Shown here piece by piece: positions 38,552-48,957 of a stretch of DNA of 64,000 nt. The stretch spans positions 146,733-210,732 of IMG/VR virus record IMGVR_UViG_3300031707_000001. The stretch is one strand, 5' to 3'. The position numbers and the translations under genes were made by a program. The notes below the pieces were generated by a model, which saw only the letters and a list, made by a program, of their open reading frames with translations, was not told where the DNA came from and made no database searches. How positions within the stretch are numbered: position 1 is the first letter of the stretch; each line of letters starts with the position of its first letter.

Positions 38552-40746
38552 AGTTAAAGAAGTTAGTTCTTCACAACTATAAGCAGCATCCCCACCTGGA
38601 ACAGGATTTCGTCGGGAACGTAATCGGTATTGTCGGCCGTAACGGTTCTGGTAAGTCCAACCTTCTGGGTGGGTTGCAGTTTGCTTTTGCCGGTGAACAG
38701 CCTGGTTTCAACAAGGTAGATCTTCTGAGTTGGGGTTCCACGGACGGATATGTCCAGGTCGATTTCGACCACGCAGGGAAGCCCGGGCACATTGAGAGAA
38801 GCCTGACAGGAAGCTATGCGCTGTTCACATACGGCGACGAAACTTATCGGGGAATCAACAAAGTTGGGGAAGGCATCCAACTTCATCTTGGTCTGGACAA
38901 GGACCTGCTCAAGCAGGCTATCTTTGTTCGCCAGGCAGAAATTGATTCTATCCTCTTTGAGGATCCCCGGGAACGAGAGTTGGCATTCCAGAAGCTTTGT
39001 GGAATTGGCGATGCTGCTAAGATCCATAAGAAGCTGGGTGACGAACTTGTCAAGCTAAGCGTATTGCCGCCCAACTACGATGAGCAGATTGCTGAAGGGC
39101 AGAAGCGTTATAGTGAGATGGCTGATCGTTTACGGCAGCTCAAAGACACGGCAGACGCTGCTGCATCCCAACACGCCAAACTGCCCAAGTTGGCTTCACT
39201 GCAGGGTACGATCATGTCGTATGCCAGTATGCTAAATACCCTGGGGCAATACGTTAAGATCAGCAACGACCTGGCACAAGTCAAGGTCCGGCTGGTGGAA
39301 CTTGAAGACAAGCTGTTGATTACTCCAGATAATGGAACCGAGGATATTGGTAAGCTCGATCAACAGCTGGTCGAACTCGATAAGTCTATTCGTTTGGTAG
39401 AGGAGTATCAACGATGTCTCAAGAGCTTCGAGGATTCCGGTAATGCTATTGTAGCATTAGGGGATACCCCTAAGCCGCCGACGTTGCCGTTTACGGATGC
39501 ACAGCTTGTTGAGCTAATGCAGAAGGCAGAAGCTTTCAATAAGGCATATGCCGACGCAGCGGCTAACGAACGTCTTTATGCCGATTTGGCTCGAACGCTA
39601 AAGGACAAGCCGCTTACGGAATGTCCAATCTGTGGTGGTCCCATCAAAGACTTACAGCGTATCCAACAGAAAATGCAAGAGTATCACGTGCAGACGATTA
39701 ATATTTGTAGGGTCAACTATGCAGCACAGCATCACGAGGCAAAGACCAAGCAAGAGCAAGCCATTGCCGCCTACATGGAAGCAAGTACACGCTACAACGC
39801 AAAGTATGCTATGCTGCTGGCTCAGTTTGGTAAAGCTGAAACAGCTATGAAGTCGGCGCCAAAAGTCAACCAAGCCTTGACAGAATTGACGGCTGCGGCG
39901 CAGCGTGCTCAGGAAAAACGTACACAGTTGACCAAGCTTCTACGGGAGATCAGTGCTCAGCAACAGGAACGCAAAACCTGTGGACAACGTATTGAACAGT
40001 TGTCCAAGGAACTAAGTTGCCTGCATACTACAATCCTGGGTATGGAAGACGTGGCCAAACAGCTAACGTTGGGTGTAAATACTGTGCCCGGTTACATTCA
40101 ACGATGTATGGCACAGTTGAATGAACAGATTACACAGATCCAGGCATTGGATCAGCAACTGGCGCAACTCAACGGAATGATTCGAGAATTGGCTAACAGC
40201 CTTCAAATATTGGAAGATACGCTTAAAGCGTTGGATGACAAACGTGCTAAAGAGGGCCCGTTTAGGGCAACGCTCAAAGTGTTAACCGAGGTCCGTGACT
40301 GGTTTCACTACAACAACGGACCACATACGTTGGCTACAGCAGTATTGGCAGAAATGAACCAGGATGTGAATAGCTTCTTGGGACAGTTCTCCGCTCCGTT
40401 CTCTGTAATCCAGGGCTCGGAATCACTTGGATTCAAATGTATCTTCCACGATGGTCGAGCCGTACCTTCGGAACCACCGGATGCACACCACCTATCGGGA
40501 GGACAGAAGATCCAGTTGGCGATAGCATTTCGATTCGCCAGTTACTGTATGTTTGCAAGTAAACTGGGCCTCTTGAGTCTGGATGAACCTACCGTTTATC
40601 TCGACGACCAAAATGTAGGCGCCTTTTGTACGTTGCTTCAAAAGATAAAGGAAGTAGCACAAAAGATGGACCTGCAAGTTTTGATAGCCACGCATGAGCG
40701 GGCTGTTATGCCGTTTATTGATACAGTAATCAGCTTAGCTGATTGA
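38548..40746 (+). CDS. sbcC: SbcC/Rad50-like ATPase
   Basis: GRNGSGKS, coiled coil with CPIC hook, LSGGQ, LDEPT and ATH motifs. Confidence 0.93.
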   Translation: MKLKKLVLHNYKQHPHLEQDFVGNVIGIVGRNGSGKSNLLGGLQFAFAGEQPGFNKVDLLSWGSTDGYVQVDFDHAGKPGHIERSLTGSYALFTYGDETYRGINKVGEGIQLHLGLDKDLLKQAIFVRQAEIDSILFEDPRERELAFQKLCGIGDAAKIHKKLGDELVKLSVLPPNYDEQIAEGQKRYSEMADRLRQLKDTADAAASQHAKLPKLASLQGTIMSYASMLNTLGQYVKISNDLAQVKVRLVELEDKLLITPDNGTEDIGKLDQQLVELDKSIRLVEEYQRCLKSFEDSGNAIVALGDTPKPPTLPFTDAQLVELMQKAEAFNKAYADAAANERLYADLARTLKDKPLTECPICGGPIKDLQRIQQKMQEYHVQTINICRVNYAAQHHEAKTKQEQAIAAYMEASTRYNAKYAMLLAQFGKAETAMKSAPKVNQALTELTAAAQRAQEKRTQLTKLLREISAQQQERKTCGQRIEQLSKELSCLHTTILGMEDVAKQLTLGVNTVPGYIQRCMAQLNEQITQIQALDQQLAQLNGMIRELANSLQILEDTLKALDDKRAKEGPFRATLKVLTEVRDWFHYNNGPHTLATAVLAEMNQDVNSFLGQFSAPFSVIQGSESLGFKCIFHDGRAVPSEPPDAHHLSGGQKIQLAIAFRFASYCMFASKLGLLSLDEPTVYLDDQNVGAFCTLLQKIKEVAQKMDLQVLIATHERAVMPFIDTVISLAD

Positions 40747-40780
40747 ATACAGTGCACAGTGCAGCCTAAAGGGTAAGTAA

Positions 40781-42292
40781 ATGAGTGAAACAACAATAGA
40801 TAAAGAATTAGCTCCAGCAATCCAACAGATGACTGCTTTGTACAAGCAGCTCATGGAAAAACTGGGACAAGCAACGCCGGAACTGAAGGTCATAAGGGTT
40901 AAGGCTTCGGCCAAAACCAAAACGTCCAAACGTTGCATAGCACCTCAGTTGGTGCATGAGTTTGTCGAATGGTTTATCAAAACACCAGAAGATCAACTCT
41001 ATAATGTGAAACGGGGACAATGGGAATGCAAAGTGGGTGACTCTGTATCTAAGACAGCACATACGCTGGTCTTCCACAGTAGGATTACCAAAAACCGTGT
41101 AGATGCTGCAGACGTAATCTGCATCCGTCCTCCGGGCGTCAAGTTGGCTATTTTCAATGCCAGCCGAATCGCCTACGGTACGTCATATGCCGCACAAAAG
41201 GAACCACAAGCCATTGCCGAACGCTGTGGGGCAGTTCCTATTCCGTTCCAGAACGTAGTAGCCAAGGACCCCAAGACCGGTGCGGGTTTGGATTTGACCA
41301 AACTGCAACTGATCGAATGGGGCGGTTCTGAAAAGATGGTAATTCCACCGATAGAAAAGCAACGGTGGGGTAGTGTAGATTTCCACGTTATCAACCGGCA
41401 CTTTGCCGGCGCCGTGGTTATCAGTGTTGGGGAGAGGTACTTCCTGTTCGATGCCGATCGGGAAGAGTTGCAATGGTGTGGGTTTAATCCCTTCTTCACC
41501 CAACTGCCACACGCTGTCAGTACCATCGGAGAAGCCTATGCAAGCTTGCAGCCACCGGAAGTGACTCGGGCTATAGCAAAAAGAAAAAAGGTTATACGCC
41601 AAGGTGAATTGTTCTTCGTTCCAGAGGACCAAGATCCTTTGGAAAAGAAATTTACGCCTGATGCGCAGTCGAAGTTCTTCTATGAACAACTTTGTGAGCG
41701 TATCGATCTGTCCGGAGCAACTACGTATAACGCCTGGCGCTATATGCAAGACGAACAGGTCCAGAAATTCCTGGGGCTTTGTAAGAACAATAACAGGGGT
41801 AAGCTACCCGACAGTGAATTAGTAGATGCTGACGAGGCAACTGCCAAACTGCGTACGTTGTTGGAGAATGAAGTAGGGCCAAAAGAAGCGACGTATGATC
41901 CAGAGGATAAAGAAGCGATGAGTGGAACCGTCTGGGGTCGAGGTAGTCACGAGATTGGATATCGTTACCATCTGCATGGTGAAGTACGTGCCCGATTGCG
42001 TGCAGAATCTACTTACTCAAAAGAGGGTGGACGGATATTGAAACCCACAGCAGGACGTTTTCCGTTCTTGTATGCTGCTACCATCGGGGACAGCACAAAC
42101 GGTACGCAGCGTCACAGTCCGACAGTCATGTACTGTCCGGAAGGTATGGGATCGAAAAATCCCACGATTTATGTCAGGGGAACTGTGTTCCATCTGGGGC
42201 GTGAGCATCGTCCGGTTTATTTGCCGGGATGGCATCGAGTATATCCAAATACTGCTGTTCATAACTGGACAGTCAGTGGGGATGTCGACTAA
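40781..42292 (+). CDS. Hypothetical phage protein (RQGE/RQGD-motif type)
   Basis: RQGELFFVP and C-terminal H..REH.PV.L.GWH. Confidence 0.6.
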   Translation: MSETTIDKELAPAIQQMTALYKQLMEKLGQATPELKVIRVKASAKTKTSKRCIAPQLVHEFVEWFIKTPEDQLYNVKRGQWECKVGDSVSKTAHTLVFHSRITKNRVDAADVICIRPPGVKLAIFNASRIAYGTSYAAQKEPQAIAERCGAVPIPFQNVVAKDPKTGAGLDLTKLQLIEWGGSEKMVIPPIEKQRWGSVDFHVINRHFAGAVVISVGERYFLFDADREELQWCGFNPFFTQLPHAVSTIGEAYASLQPPEVTRAIAKRKKVIRQGELFFVPEDQDPLEKKFTPDAQSKFFYEQLCERIDLSGATTYNAWRYMQDEQVQKFLGLCKNNNRGKLPDSELVDADEATAKLRTLLENEVGPKEATYDPEDKEAMSGTVWGRGSHEIGYRYHLHGEVRARLRAESTYSKEGGRILKPTAGRFPFLYAATIGDSTNGTQRHSPTVMYCPEGMGSKNPTIYVRGTVFHLGREHRPVYLPGWHRVYPNTAVHNWTVSGDVD

Positions 42293-42293
42293 A

Positions 42294-42325
42294 ATACAGT
42301 GCAACAGTAAAACAGTGATACAGTG
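42294..42325 (+). repeat. Four tandem 8-nt NNACAGTR units
   Basis: ATACAGTG CAACAGTA AAACAGTG ATACAGTG. Confidence 0.7.
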
Positions 42326-42367
42326 TAAGTAGATACGTTCAAACAACAAACAAAGAGGTTAGTTAAC

Positions 42368-43051
42368 ATGAGTGACACAAGTCTAGTAGTACCGTCCGAA
42401 ATCACCCTGCGTCACCGGTCCGATGATTGGACCGAGGGGCAGGTTAGGGCCGAAACCGAGCAGTTGAGAAAGGCGAAGGCCGTTCTCTTCCTCGACAAGG
42501 TCCAGCACGAGAAGACGATCAAAGAGCTTGAACCCAAGCTTGAAGATCTGAAGCTGGAACTCGCCAAAGTGGAAAAGGCGATCAACAAGGCAGCAGAGCT
42601 TGAAATTGGAGACATGAAACTCAATGAAGAGTTTGCTGATGTCAAGAAAGCACTGCGGGTCCTGAAGATCAACAAATTCGTTTGTGCGATTGAGCTTGTC
42701 TCTGTGAACACTGAAGACGCCGAAATCGTTTTCAGGCGCAGTGTCGGAGACAAAGAAAGCACTTATCGGTATAACGTGCTCTCCGGCGAGGATACCATGA
42801 AGTTCACGTTCGAGATGAAGGAACTGAAAGGCCAGTGGAAAGAACTGACCAATAAGATCCAAGAAATCGAACGTACGCTTCTGGAGGCTCGTACAGCTCT
42901 GCGTGATCGGGCGAATCGTATGTCGGACGTGGAAGGGGCCATTGCCCTGAAGAACCTCAACGAGGACGAGCGGGTAGAGGTGAAAGAGCTGTATCAGCAG
43001 CTTGCCACCGGCCTGAACGCTCAGAAACTCCTAAACGAGAAGAAGGGCTGA
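42368..43051 (+). CDS. Coiled-coil protein
   Basis: E/K/L heptads; GAGG RBS. Confidence 0.7.
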   Translation: MSDTSLVVPSEITLRHRSDDWTEGQVRAETEQLRKAKAVLFLDKVQHEKTIKELEPKLEDLKLELAKVEKAINKAAELEIGDMKLNEEFADVKKALRVLKINKFVCAIELVSVNTEDAEIVFRRSVGDKESTYRYNVLSGEDTMKFTFEMKELKGQWKELTNKIQEIERTLLEARTALRDRANRMSDVEGAIALKNLNEDERVEVKELYQQLATGLNAQKLLNEKKG

Positions 43052-44028
43052 TGTACGCTCTTATTCCATGTCCCGAAGGCATCTCGAAAGATATCAAGAG
43101 CAGCCTTCGAGCAGCTGATATGTACGAGGGGTTCTGGCTGGTCAGCCAGGACCCCTCCCTTATCTCCCAAGCGGGCGAAAATGTTATTTGTGCTGCTACT
43201 AAGGAAGGACTGGCAGACATTGTTGACCGCAAGTTTGGTTTGCCTTATGGTTATAGTCGGCTGTCATTGCATGACCATACGTCAATGTATCACTGGGAAA
43301 ACTCCAACTACAATCATGGCGACGAGCCGGCCATAGCGAAGGCAAAGCGTGAGTTTGTAGCCAAGTGCTTGAAAAATGGTGATCGCAATTGGCTGATTTA
43401 TGCTTTGCTACCAACACCGAGAGTAGTCGATACTAAACTACACGAATTGGATATTCTGGCAGAATCCAAGTGTCATCCTAAAGGGATATACACAAACCGG
43501 TTTAAGCTACAGGGCAACCACAAAACAGACGTTGTCAAGGAAGACTTTGTTGTGGAAGACAGTCCGCTTGGAACTCGGGTAATGTACAATCCCAAACGAG
43601 CCAAACGTTTGGCTGCTATCCGTCGGCGTCATTGCTCAGTAGGGCAGCGTAAACCTAAGCGTACGTGTTACCACTTGCTTAATCTAATGGTTAGAGCATT
43701 AAGGGAGACAATCGATTGTCAGACCATTACTAACCTATATAGAGAATGGCGGTCAAGTCAGGGTATACACAACACGAGTGGTGGCGTAGTTAATTTCTTT
43801 GACATGGCCAAGCGTATGGGCAAGTTGGCTACAGCCAGAAAAAAGATCAAGCCTTTACTCAAAGAGCTTTGGGTACATAAGAATCTGATACAGCACAATT
43901 GTTCGGCCGAGTTTCGAATATGGTATGCAAAAGAGATCGAGATAGCGGGTGGAACACCTAAGGATACCGAACGCTACATAACGAGGGTTAAAAGTGAGAA
44001 CATTCAAAAAGATTCTGAAAAAACTTGA
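43051..44028 (+). CDS. Hypothetical basic protein
   Basis: TGATG-coupled 325-aa ORF. Confidence 0.65.
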   Translation: MYALIPCPEGISKDIKSSLRAADMYEGFWLVSQDPSLISQAGENVICAATKEGLADIVDRKFGLPYGYSRLSLHDHTSMYHWENSNYNHGDEPAIAKAKREFVAKCLKNGDRNWLIYALLPTPRVVDTKLHELDILAESKCHPKGIYTNRFKLQGNHKTDVVKEDFVVEDSPLGTRVMYNPKRAKRLAAIRRRHCSVGQRKPKRTCYHLLNLMVRALRETIDCQTITNLYREWRSSQGIHNTSGGVVNFFDMAKRMGKLATARKKIKPLLKELWVHKNLIQHNCSAEFRIWYAKEIEIAGGTPKDTERYITRVKSENIQKDSEKT

Positions 44029-44362
44029 TACTCGAAAATTCAAGAAGCCAACGGGTAACCTGGAAAATATGTACACCGTTGCTTACTGGAATCTCTGGAA
44101 CCAATTTGGCGTGACACCGAAACTGGTGGAACAGGCCAAAAAGAAAGGCAAGGAGATTTCGGTAACGGATTATGCTTGGACAAAACAAGCCAAGGAACAA
44201 TACTATGCGCATCCTTATATTCAGCTTTTCATGAAGAAGCTGGATAATAGAGGCATGGCACATGGCATGTGGGTACTTCAAGCGGAGCCCGCTGATTATG
44301 AAGACCATCTTCGCTGGGAAGCTCAAAGAGCTACGCAAGAAAAAGTGGCTCAGTCGAAGTGA
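43994..44362 (+). CDS. Hypothetical protein
   Basis: GTG start with GAGG RBS. Confidence 0.55.
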   Translation: MRTFKKILKKLDTRKFKKPTGNLENMYTVAYWNLWNQFGVTPKLVEQAKKKGKEISVTDYAWTKQAKEQYYAHPYIQLFMKKLDNRGMAHGMWVLQAEPADYEDHLRWEAQRATQEKVAQSK

Positions 44363-44591
44363 GCTGGCAGAACGTTCGAATCTGTGTTACCGGTCTATCA
44401 AGTACTATGAGGCCGGTCACATCGTTCCTACGTCAGCCAGTTTTAACTGCTTGCTCCTGGGATTGGGGGCCTCCGACGAGGAGGCCCTCGATCTCCGGGT
44501 AGCTTGGATGGAAACTAAACAGTCAGGTTCTTCCATGCTCAACGTGCGTTACGACCTGAACGGTAATGCAAAAAGTGATTGCATTTCATAA
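44298..44591 (+). CDS. XRE-family HTH regulator
   Basis: KLKELRKKKWLSRSELAERSNLCYRSIKYYEAGHIVP. Confidence 0.85.
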   Translation: MKTIFAGKLKELRKKKWLSRSELAERSNLCYRSIKYYEAGHIVPTSASFNCLLLGLGASDEEALDLRVAWMETKQSGSSMLNVRYDLNGNAKSDCIS

Positions 44592-44647
44592 CTGTAATCA
44601 GGTAAGATACTTGTGTCGAACTTGAAAAACGCATATTAAGGAGAAGT

Positions 44648-45157
44648 ATGAAAGACGCATCATGGACTGTAGAGTTCAATACACATGTACTAGCGAACGG
44701 CATTGGGCCCAAGGGCGAAAGAGACCACTTCCAACGAGATAACCTCAACAATCTTATCTGGCAACAGAGCTGGTGGTATTCCGCTTTTACTCAAGCTATT
44801 GAACTTGCTCATATGCATCGTATCAAAGCGGCCGACATACACATGAACCTGGCCGTCAAAGCAACCACGGATCTTTACCGTAGACGATACGGGGATGACA
44901 AGTTTCGGATCCATGAGGCAATCATGCCCGGTACGAGGGTCACATTTGAGGCAGTTGTAGCTGACCACGTAACCAAATCAAATCTTGAAGCAATACTTGA
45001 CAAAATGGGTAAATATGTGGGATTATCCCCGTATGGTTACAGATTGGGATTTGGAAAATTCAATGTATGCAGTGTGGAGGTAGCATCCAGTGACAATGAA
45101 AACAGTGAAGCAAGCGGAGATCGTCAACCTGAGGCTCCAGCAGAGAAAGCCGGTTGA
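44648..45157 (+). CDS. Stand-alone RAMP (Cas7/Csm3-like) fold protein
   Basis: HEAIMPGTRVTFEAVV strand, helix, then C-terminal Gly-rich loop GKYVGLSPYGYRLGFGKFNV; AAGGAG RBS. Confidence 0.6.
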   Translation: MKDASWTVEFNTHVLANGIGPKGERDHFQRDNLNNLIWQQSWWYSAFTQAIELAHMHRIKAADIHMNLAVKATTDLYRRRYGDDKFRIHEAIMPGTRVTFEAVVADHVTKSNLEAILDKMGKYVGLSPYGYRLGFGKFNVCSVEVASSDNENSEASGDRQPEAPAEKAG

Positions 45158-45263
45158 CGAAAACTGTTACTATACATTAGGCTTCAAAGCTGCCTGCGAG
45201 CGACGTAGGAAATCGCCTGCACAAGTTCTCGAAGCTGCAGTGTTGTTAGATTTGCATTTGTAA
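45096..45263 (+). CDS. 55-aa hypothetical protein (not in ORF track)
   Basis: MKTVKQAEIVNLRLQQRKPV...VLLDLHL; GGAGG upstream; alternative in-frame GTG at 45090. Confidence 0.4.
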   Translation: MKTVKQAEIVNLRLQQRKPVDENCYYTLGFKAACERRRKSPAQVLEAAVLLDLHL

Positions 45264-45294
45264 TACAGTCTCGGGCTTCACCGTTGCGTTCAAG

Positions 45295-45323
45295 CGATAT
45301 GGCTGTGCTATATCGTTGTTTTT
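45295..45323 (+). terminator. Possible terminator/attenuator hairpin
   Basis: GCGATATGGC-TGT-GCTATATCGT followed by TGTTTTT. Confidence 0.55.
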
Positions 45324-45337
45324 GAATAGGAAGGACT

Positions 45338-46918
45338 ATGGCTACGAATATCATTCTAGAATGGGGTGATGGCTATTTGGCCGTTACACCCGAAGTTCCT
45401 GATTTCCTCCGTAATGCTTTGCGCTACTGGCACCGATCGTTGAATCGAGAAGAAGGCAGAGCAGCACTTGTAGCGACCGGTGAGTACCGGGAGCTTTATA
45501 GCATTTCTGGACAGATCACACCCGACAATCGCTTTGAACAACGTTTGGTTACCCTTCCTGGATTTCTTTGTCGGATAAAGAATCTCTTGAAGGGTCAGGG
45601 CTATGATTTTGCCATTGTGGATAAACGCACGCCAGCGCCCACACCTGACTACGCTAAAGCGTTCGAAGGCTTGCGGGAATATCAATGTGCTTGCGCTTAT
45701 GCAGCACTGGCTTCCGGCGGTGGCATTGTAGCCTGTCCGACAGGCTGGGGCAAAACCCATATCATTGCATCTATCATCAAGGCATATAGCTCTGATGAAC
45801 TGTGTATGCGGAACACACCTAAGGTGGTTGTGGCCACGCCAGAACAGGACATTACCCGCAAAGATTTCAATGATCTGGTAACCTTGTTACCCGATCGTGA
45901 TATTGGCCTGGTCATGACTGGCGCCAAGCATTTCAGCGATGACGTGCAAGTGATTACTCTTCAAAGTTTGCACCTGATCGATTGCAACGATATCGGTATT
46001 TTCATTGTAGATGAAGTGCATACAGCTGCCTCCGAAAAACGTATGGAAACCATCATGGCAGCCCGGCGTGCCCTCAAGTGGGGTGTCAGCGCCACGCCAT
46101 CTGGACGGTATGACGGCCGGGATCTTGTAACAGAAGGTTTGTTTGGTCCGGTTGTTTACCAGCGAACGTATGCTGAAGGCGTAAACGATGGGGCCCTCGT
46201 GCCCATCACCGTTTATTGGCTGAGAGCACCGGCGCCCGAACATACTCGTAACTTGCATCATGCAACTGCACTAGGGCTGGAAAACTACATGAAATTCAAG
46301 ACTCGTTCGGGCAAATACCGTAACGGGCTAGATCGCAATGACGATTACAATCAGTTGGTAGCTGAATTGCTTCGTAGAATTCCGACTGAGTTGCAGACCC
46401 TTTGTATTCTTCAGCATCTTGATCACATGGACAAGCTGGTCCATCATTGCAACGATATCAAGATCATGCATGCAGAAGAGAGTTCAGATAATCTGGCCAA
46501 GAATGGATATACGCACTTGGTGCCTGTATCCAAACGGGAACGTAAGCAAGCGTACGAGGATATGTTCTCCGGTGCCTGTCGGAAAATCATCAGTACATAT
46601 GTATACAAGCAGGGCGTAAACTTTCCACAACTCACGGTAGTCGTCAATGCAGGCGGAGGCGGCAGCGACATTGTGGCCAGACAAATCCCGGGGCGGGAAA
46701 GCAGAAACATTGGAGAAGTAAAACCCCAAGCCTACTTGGTGGATTTTGTGCATGAATGGGATACAGTCACCGATAAGAACGGCCGTCCTCGTCCTGGGCC
46801 TATCCTCAAAGACGATAAGTCTCGGGAGAAATCATATTCCGATCTTGGGTTTACTCAAGTGTGGGTGGATACTTTGGACGAATTACCATTCTTGAAGGAT
46901 AAAAATGGACCTAACTGA
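45338..46918 (+). CDS. Superfamily 2 helicase (UvsW/XPB-like)
   Basis: LREYQ, PTGWGKT, DEVH, SATP, QGVNFP and QIPGRESR motifs. Confidence 0.9.
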   Translation: MATNIILEWGDGYLAVTPEVPDFLRNALRYWHRSLNREEGRAALVATGEYRELYSISGQITPDNRFEQRLVTLPGFLCRIKNLLKGQGYDFAIVDKRTPAPTPDYAKAFEGLREYQCACAYAALASGGGIVACPTGWGKTHIIASIIKAYSSDELCMRNTPKVVVATPEQDITRKDFNDLVTLLPDRDIGLVMTGAKHFSDDVQVITLQSLHLIDCNDIGIFIVDEVHTAASEKRMETIMAARRALKWGVSATPSGRYDGRDLVTEGLFGPVVYQRTYAEGVNDGALVPITVYWLRAPAPEHTRNLHHATALGLENYMKFKTRSGKYRNGLDRNDDYNQLVAELLRRIPTELQTLCILQHLDHMDKLVHHCNDIKIMHAEESSDNLAKNGYTHLVPVSKRERKQAYEDMFSGACRKIISTYVYKQGVNFPQLTVVVNAGGGGSDIVARQIPGRESRNIGEVKPQAYLVDFVHEWDTVTDKNGRPRPGPILKDDKSREKSYSDLGFTQVWVDTLDELPFLKDKNGPN

Positions 46919-47504
46919 CGAAGTAGGCTATCGGGCATGGGACGAATACTATACCCAATTGCAAAGCCGGCTTGGGTCGGGGCGTGGACGTAGTGCTTAT
47001 TGGACACATAAGCACTACAAGAACTTTCGCCGGATAGCTGATATTTGCATTCAACATAGTTTCGAGGTAACGGATTATGTGATTCGTGCCTTCGACTTGT
47101 TGGAAAAGAACAGCCAATATATTACCCCTAAGGATTTGACAGATCCAGAATTGGTGGAGAATTACAAACAACACCTTAAGAAGTATGGCTATGAAATACA
47201 GCTGAGTCATACGATGCAAATTCAGCAATTAACAGATTTGGAAACCCGTTTGGTTCCAGAAAAATACCCGTCTGAAGAAGCCATTCTCTTAGATATCAAT
47301 ATGGTATTTGAATCTTGGTTCCGTATGTTACATCCTGAAAAATTCAGTGAAGCAATATTCATGGTCTATGGACAGTTGGCGTGGTCGGAACTGTCAGGTA
47401 GTCAAAAACTCAGGGATTACGCCAGAAGTAAGTACGTAAAGAATTTTCAGGAACTGGAAAACAGGTTGGGGAAATTCCTCGATCTCGGCGGAGGTACAAG
47501 ATAG
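46905..47504 (+). CDS. Hypothetical replication-module protein
   Basis: Coupled between the two helicase genes. Confidence 0.65.
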   Translation: MDLTDEVGYRAWDEYYTQLQSRLGSGRGRSAYWTHKHYKNFRRIADICIQHSFEVTDYVIRAFDLLEKNSQYITPKDLTDPELVENYKQHLKKYGYEIQLSHTMQIQQLTDLETRLVPEKYPSEEAILLDINMVFESWFRMLHPEKFSEAIFMVYGQLAWSELSGSQKLRDYARSKYVKNFQELENRLGKFLDLGGGTR

Positions 47505-47505
47505 C

Positions 47506-48957
47506 ATGAATTTGTATACTAAAGATTTCCAAGTCCAACTGCTGGTACATCTGGCAAAGGACGAAGACTTCTTCCGCAAGACTGGCTACTTGCGCCTGGA
47601 AGATTTTGAAATGGTAGCTTGTCAATTTGTTTTGGAGACACTGCGGGATTACTATGCCAAATTTCACAAACTGCCAGACTTCAATCTGCTGCAAACGCAT
47701 ATAGGTTACATGTTGACTGGCGCCAGAACAGTCACGCAGTTGATTCCCGAAGAACTGCCAACCGTAGCCTACATCATGGAATCTATAGCTACGGCTTCGT
47801 TGAACACAACGTACTACATAGCACAGTTGCCGGAGTTTTTGAGATTCGTGCGTCTGACACAACAAATCCGTTTGCACGGGGATACCCTCAAACAGGGATT
47901 ACCGGTTGACGAACTGATTACGGCAATATCAAAGATCAACACAGACGTTGCTGCCTGTGACGACGACGAAGATGACGACGATATGTGGGGTAATCCGGAA
48001 CCAATACTAGATCGGATTAAACATGTACGAGTACCTACGCCTTTACAGCATCTAAACAACTACACTTCAGGTGGGTTAGGTTTGGGCGAAGTCGGCATGG
48101 TAGTTGCCTGTCCGGGGGTAGGTAAAACGACAAGTCTTATCAACTTCCAGGCATATGCTGTTCAGAGTGGCATACGCACGTTATTCCTATCATTGGAATT
48201 AACCAAGGTACGTATTAAGTATCGTTATCAGGCAATCTCAGCACATATTCCAGCAAACTACTACAAAGTAGAAATGAAGGATTGGCCGCCAGACGTGCTC
48301 TACCGTTATTCTCTATTCACCAATCCAGAGTACAAATATTTCGGTTATTGCAAAGTCAGAGACATGTCCAAACGTCATCCGGCAATTGCCGAGATTGAGC
48401 GTATGATTGTACGCTGGCTGGAGAAGGCTGAAAAGCTTGGCAAACGGCACGAATGCAAACTCGTACTGATCGACTGGCTTGACTATATTGATCCAGCAGG
48501 CATTTCGCTTTCCAAGACAGCCCGGGATGACGTCATCCTGATGAAGATATTGGAACAGCTGGGCATGTTGGCTCGCAAGTACAACATAGCTATTTGGACG
48601 GCTACACAAGGTACTCGGCAGGCCGATGGTGTCGAGAACCTGCAGATGAAGCATACAGCGCAGGGTTATCATAAGAACGACCCTGTGGATATCAGCGTTG
48701 GTCTGGCTGCCATTGATGCGATGGGACGAGAATTACAAGAAGCCAAGACATCGGACGATGACCAGGTGCGTCCGGTCTGCGATCGGGATCTGAAACTCAG
48801 TATCATGAAAAACCGGGACAATCCACCCGTCTTCTTTCCGTTTTATCAAGGTCCAACTCTGCGACACTGGAACAACCGGAAGGAATCTAGTACTGTGGAC
48901 CAGGTCTTGAGCGCCGGAAAAATGGAAGAAGCTGAAAAGGTGTTGATCAAACCATGA
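47506..48957 (+). CDS. dnaB: DnaB-like replicative helicase
   Basis: PGVGKTT, LSLEL, LIDWLD, WTATQ and MKNR motifs. Confidence 0.88.
   Translation: MNLYTKDFQVQLLVHLAKDEDFFRKTGYLRLEDFEMVACQFVLETLRDYYAKFHKLPDFNLLQTHIGYMLTGARTVTQLIPEELPTVAYIMESIATASLNTTYYIAQLPEFLRFVRLTQQIRLHGDTLKQGLPVDELITAISKINTDVAACDDDEDDDDMWGNPEPILDRIKHVRVPTPLQHLNNYTSGGLGLGEVGMVVACPGVGKTTSLINFQAYAVQSGIRTLFLSLELTKVRIKYRYQAISAHIPANYYKVEMKDWPPDVLYRYSLFTNPEYKYFGYCKVRDMSKRHPAIAEIERMIVRWLEKAEKLGKRHECKLVLIDWLDYIDPAGISLSKTARDDVILMKILEQLGMLARKYNIAIWTATQGTRQADGVENLQMKHTAQGYHKNDPVDISVGLAAIDAMGRELQEAKTSDDDQVRPVCDRDLKLSIMKNRDNPPVFFPFYQGPTLRHWNNRKESSTVDQVLSAGKMEEAEKVLIKP

Noticed and set aside
44592-45337. CRISPR or short-period guide array beside the RAMP-like gene
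   Set aside because: No direct repeats are visible; the downstream space holds a small ORF and one hairpin.
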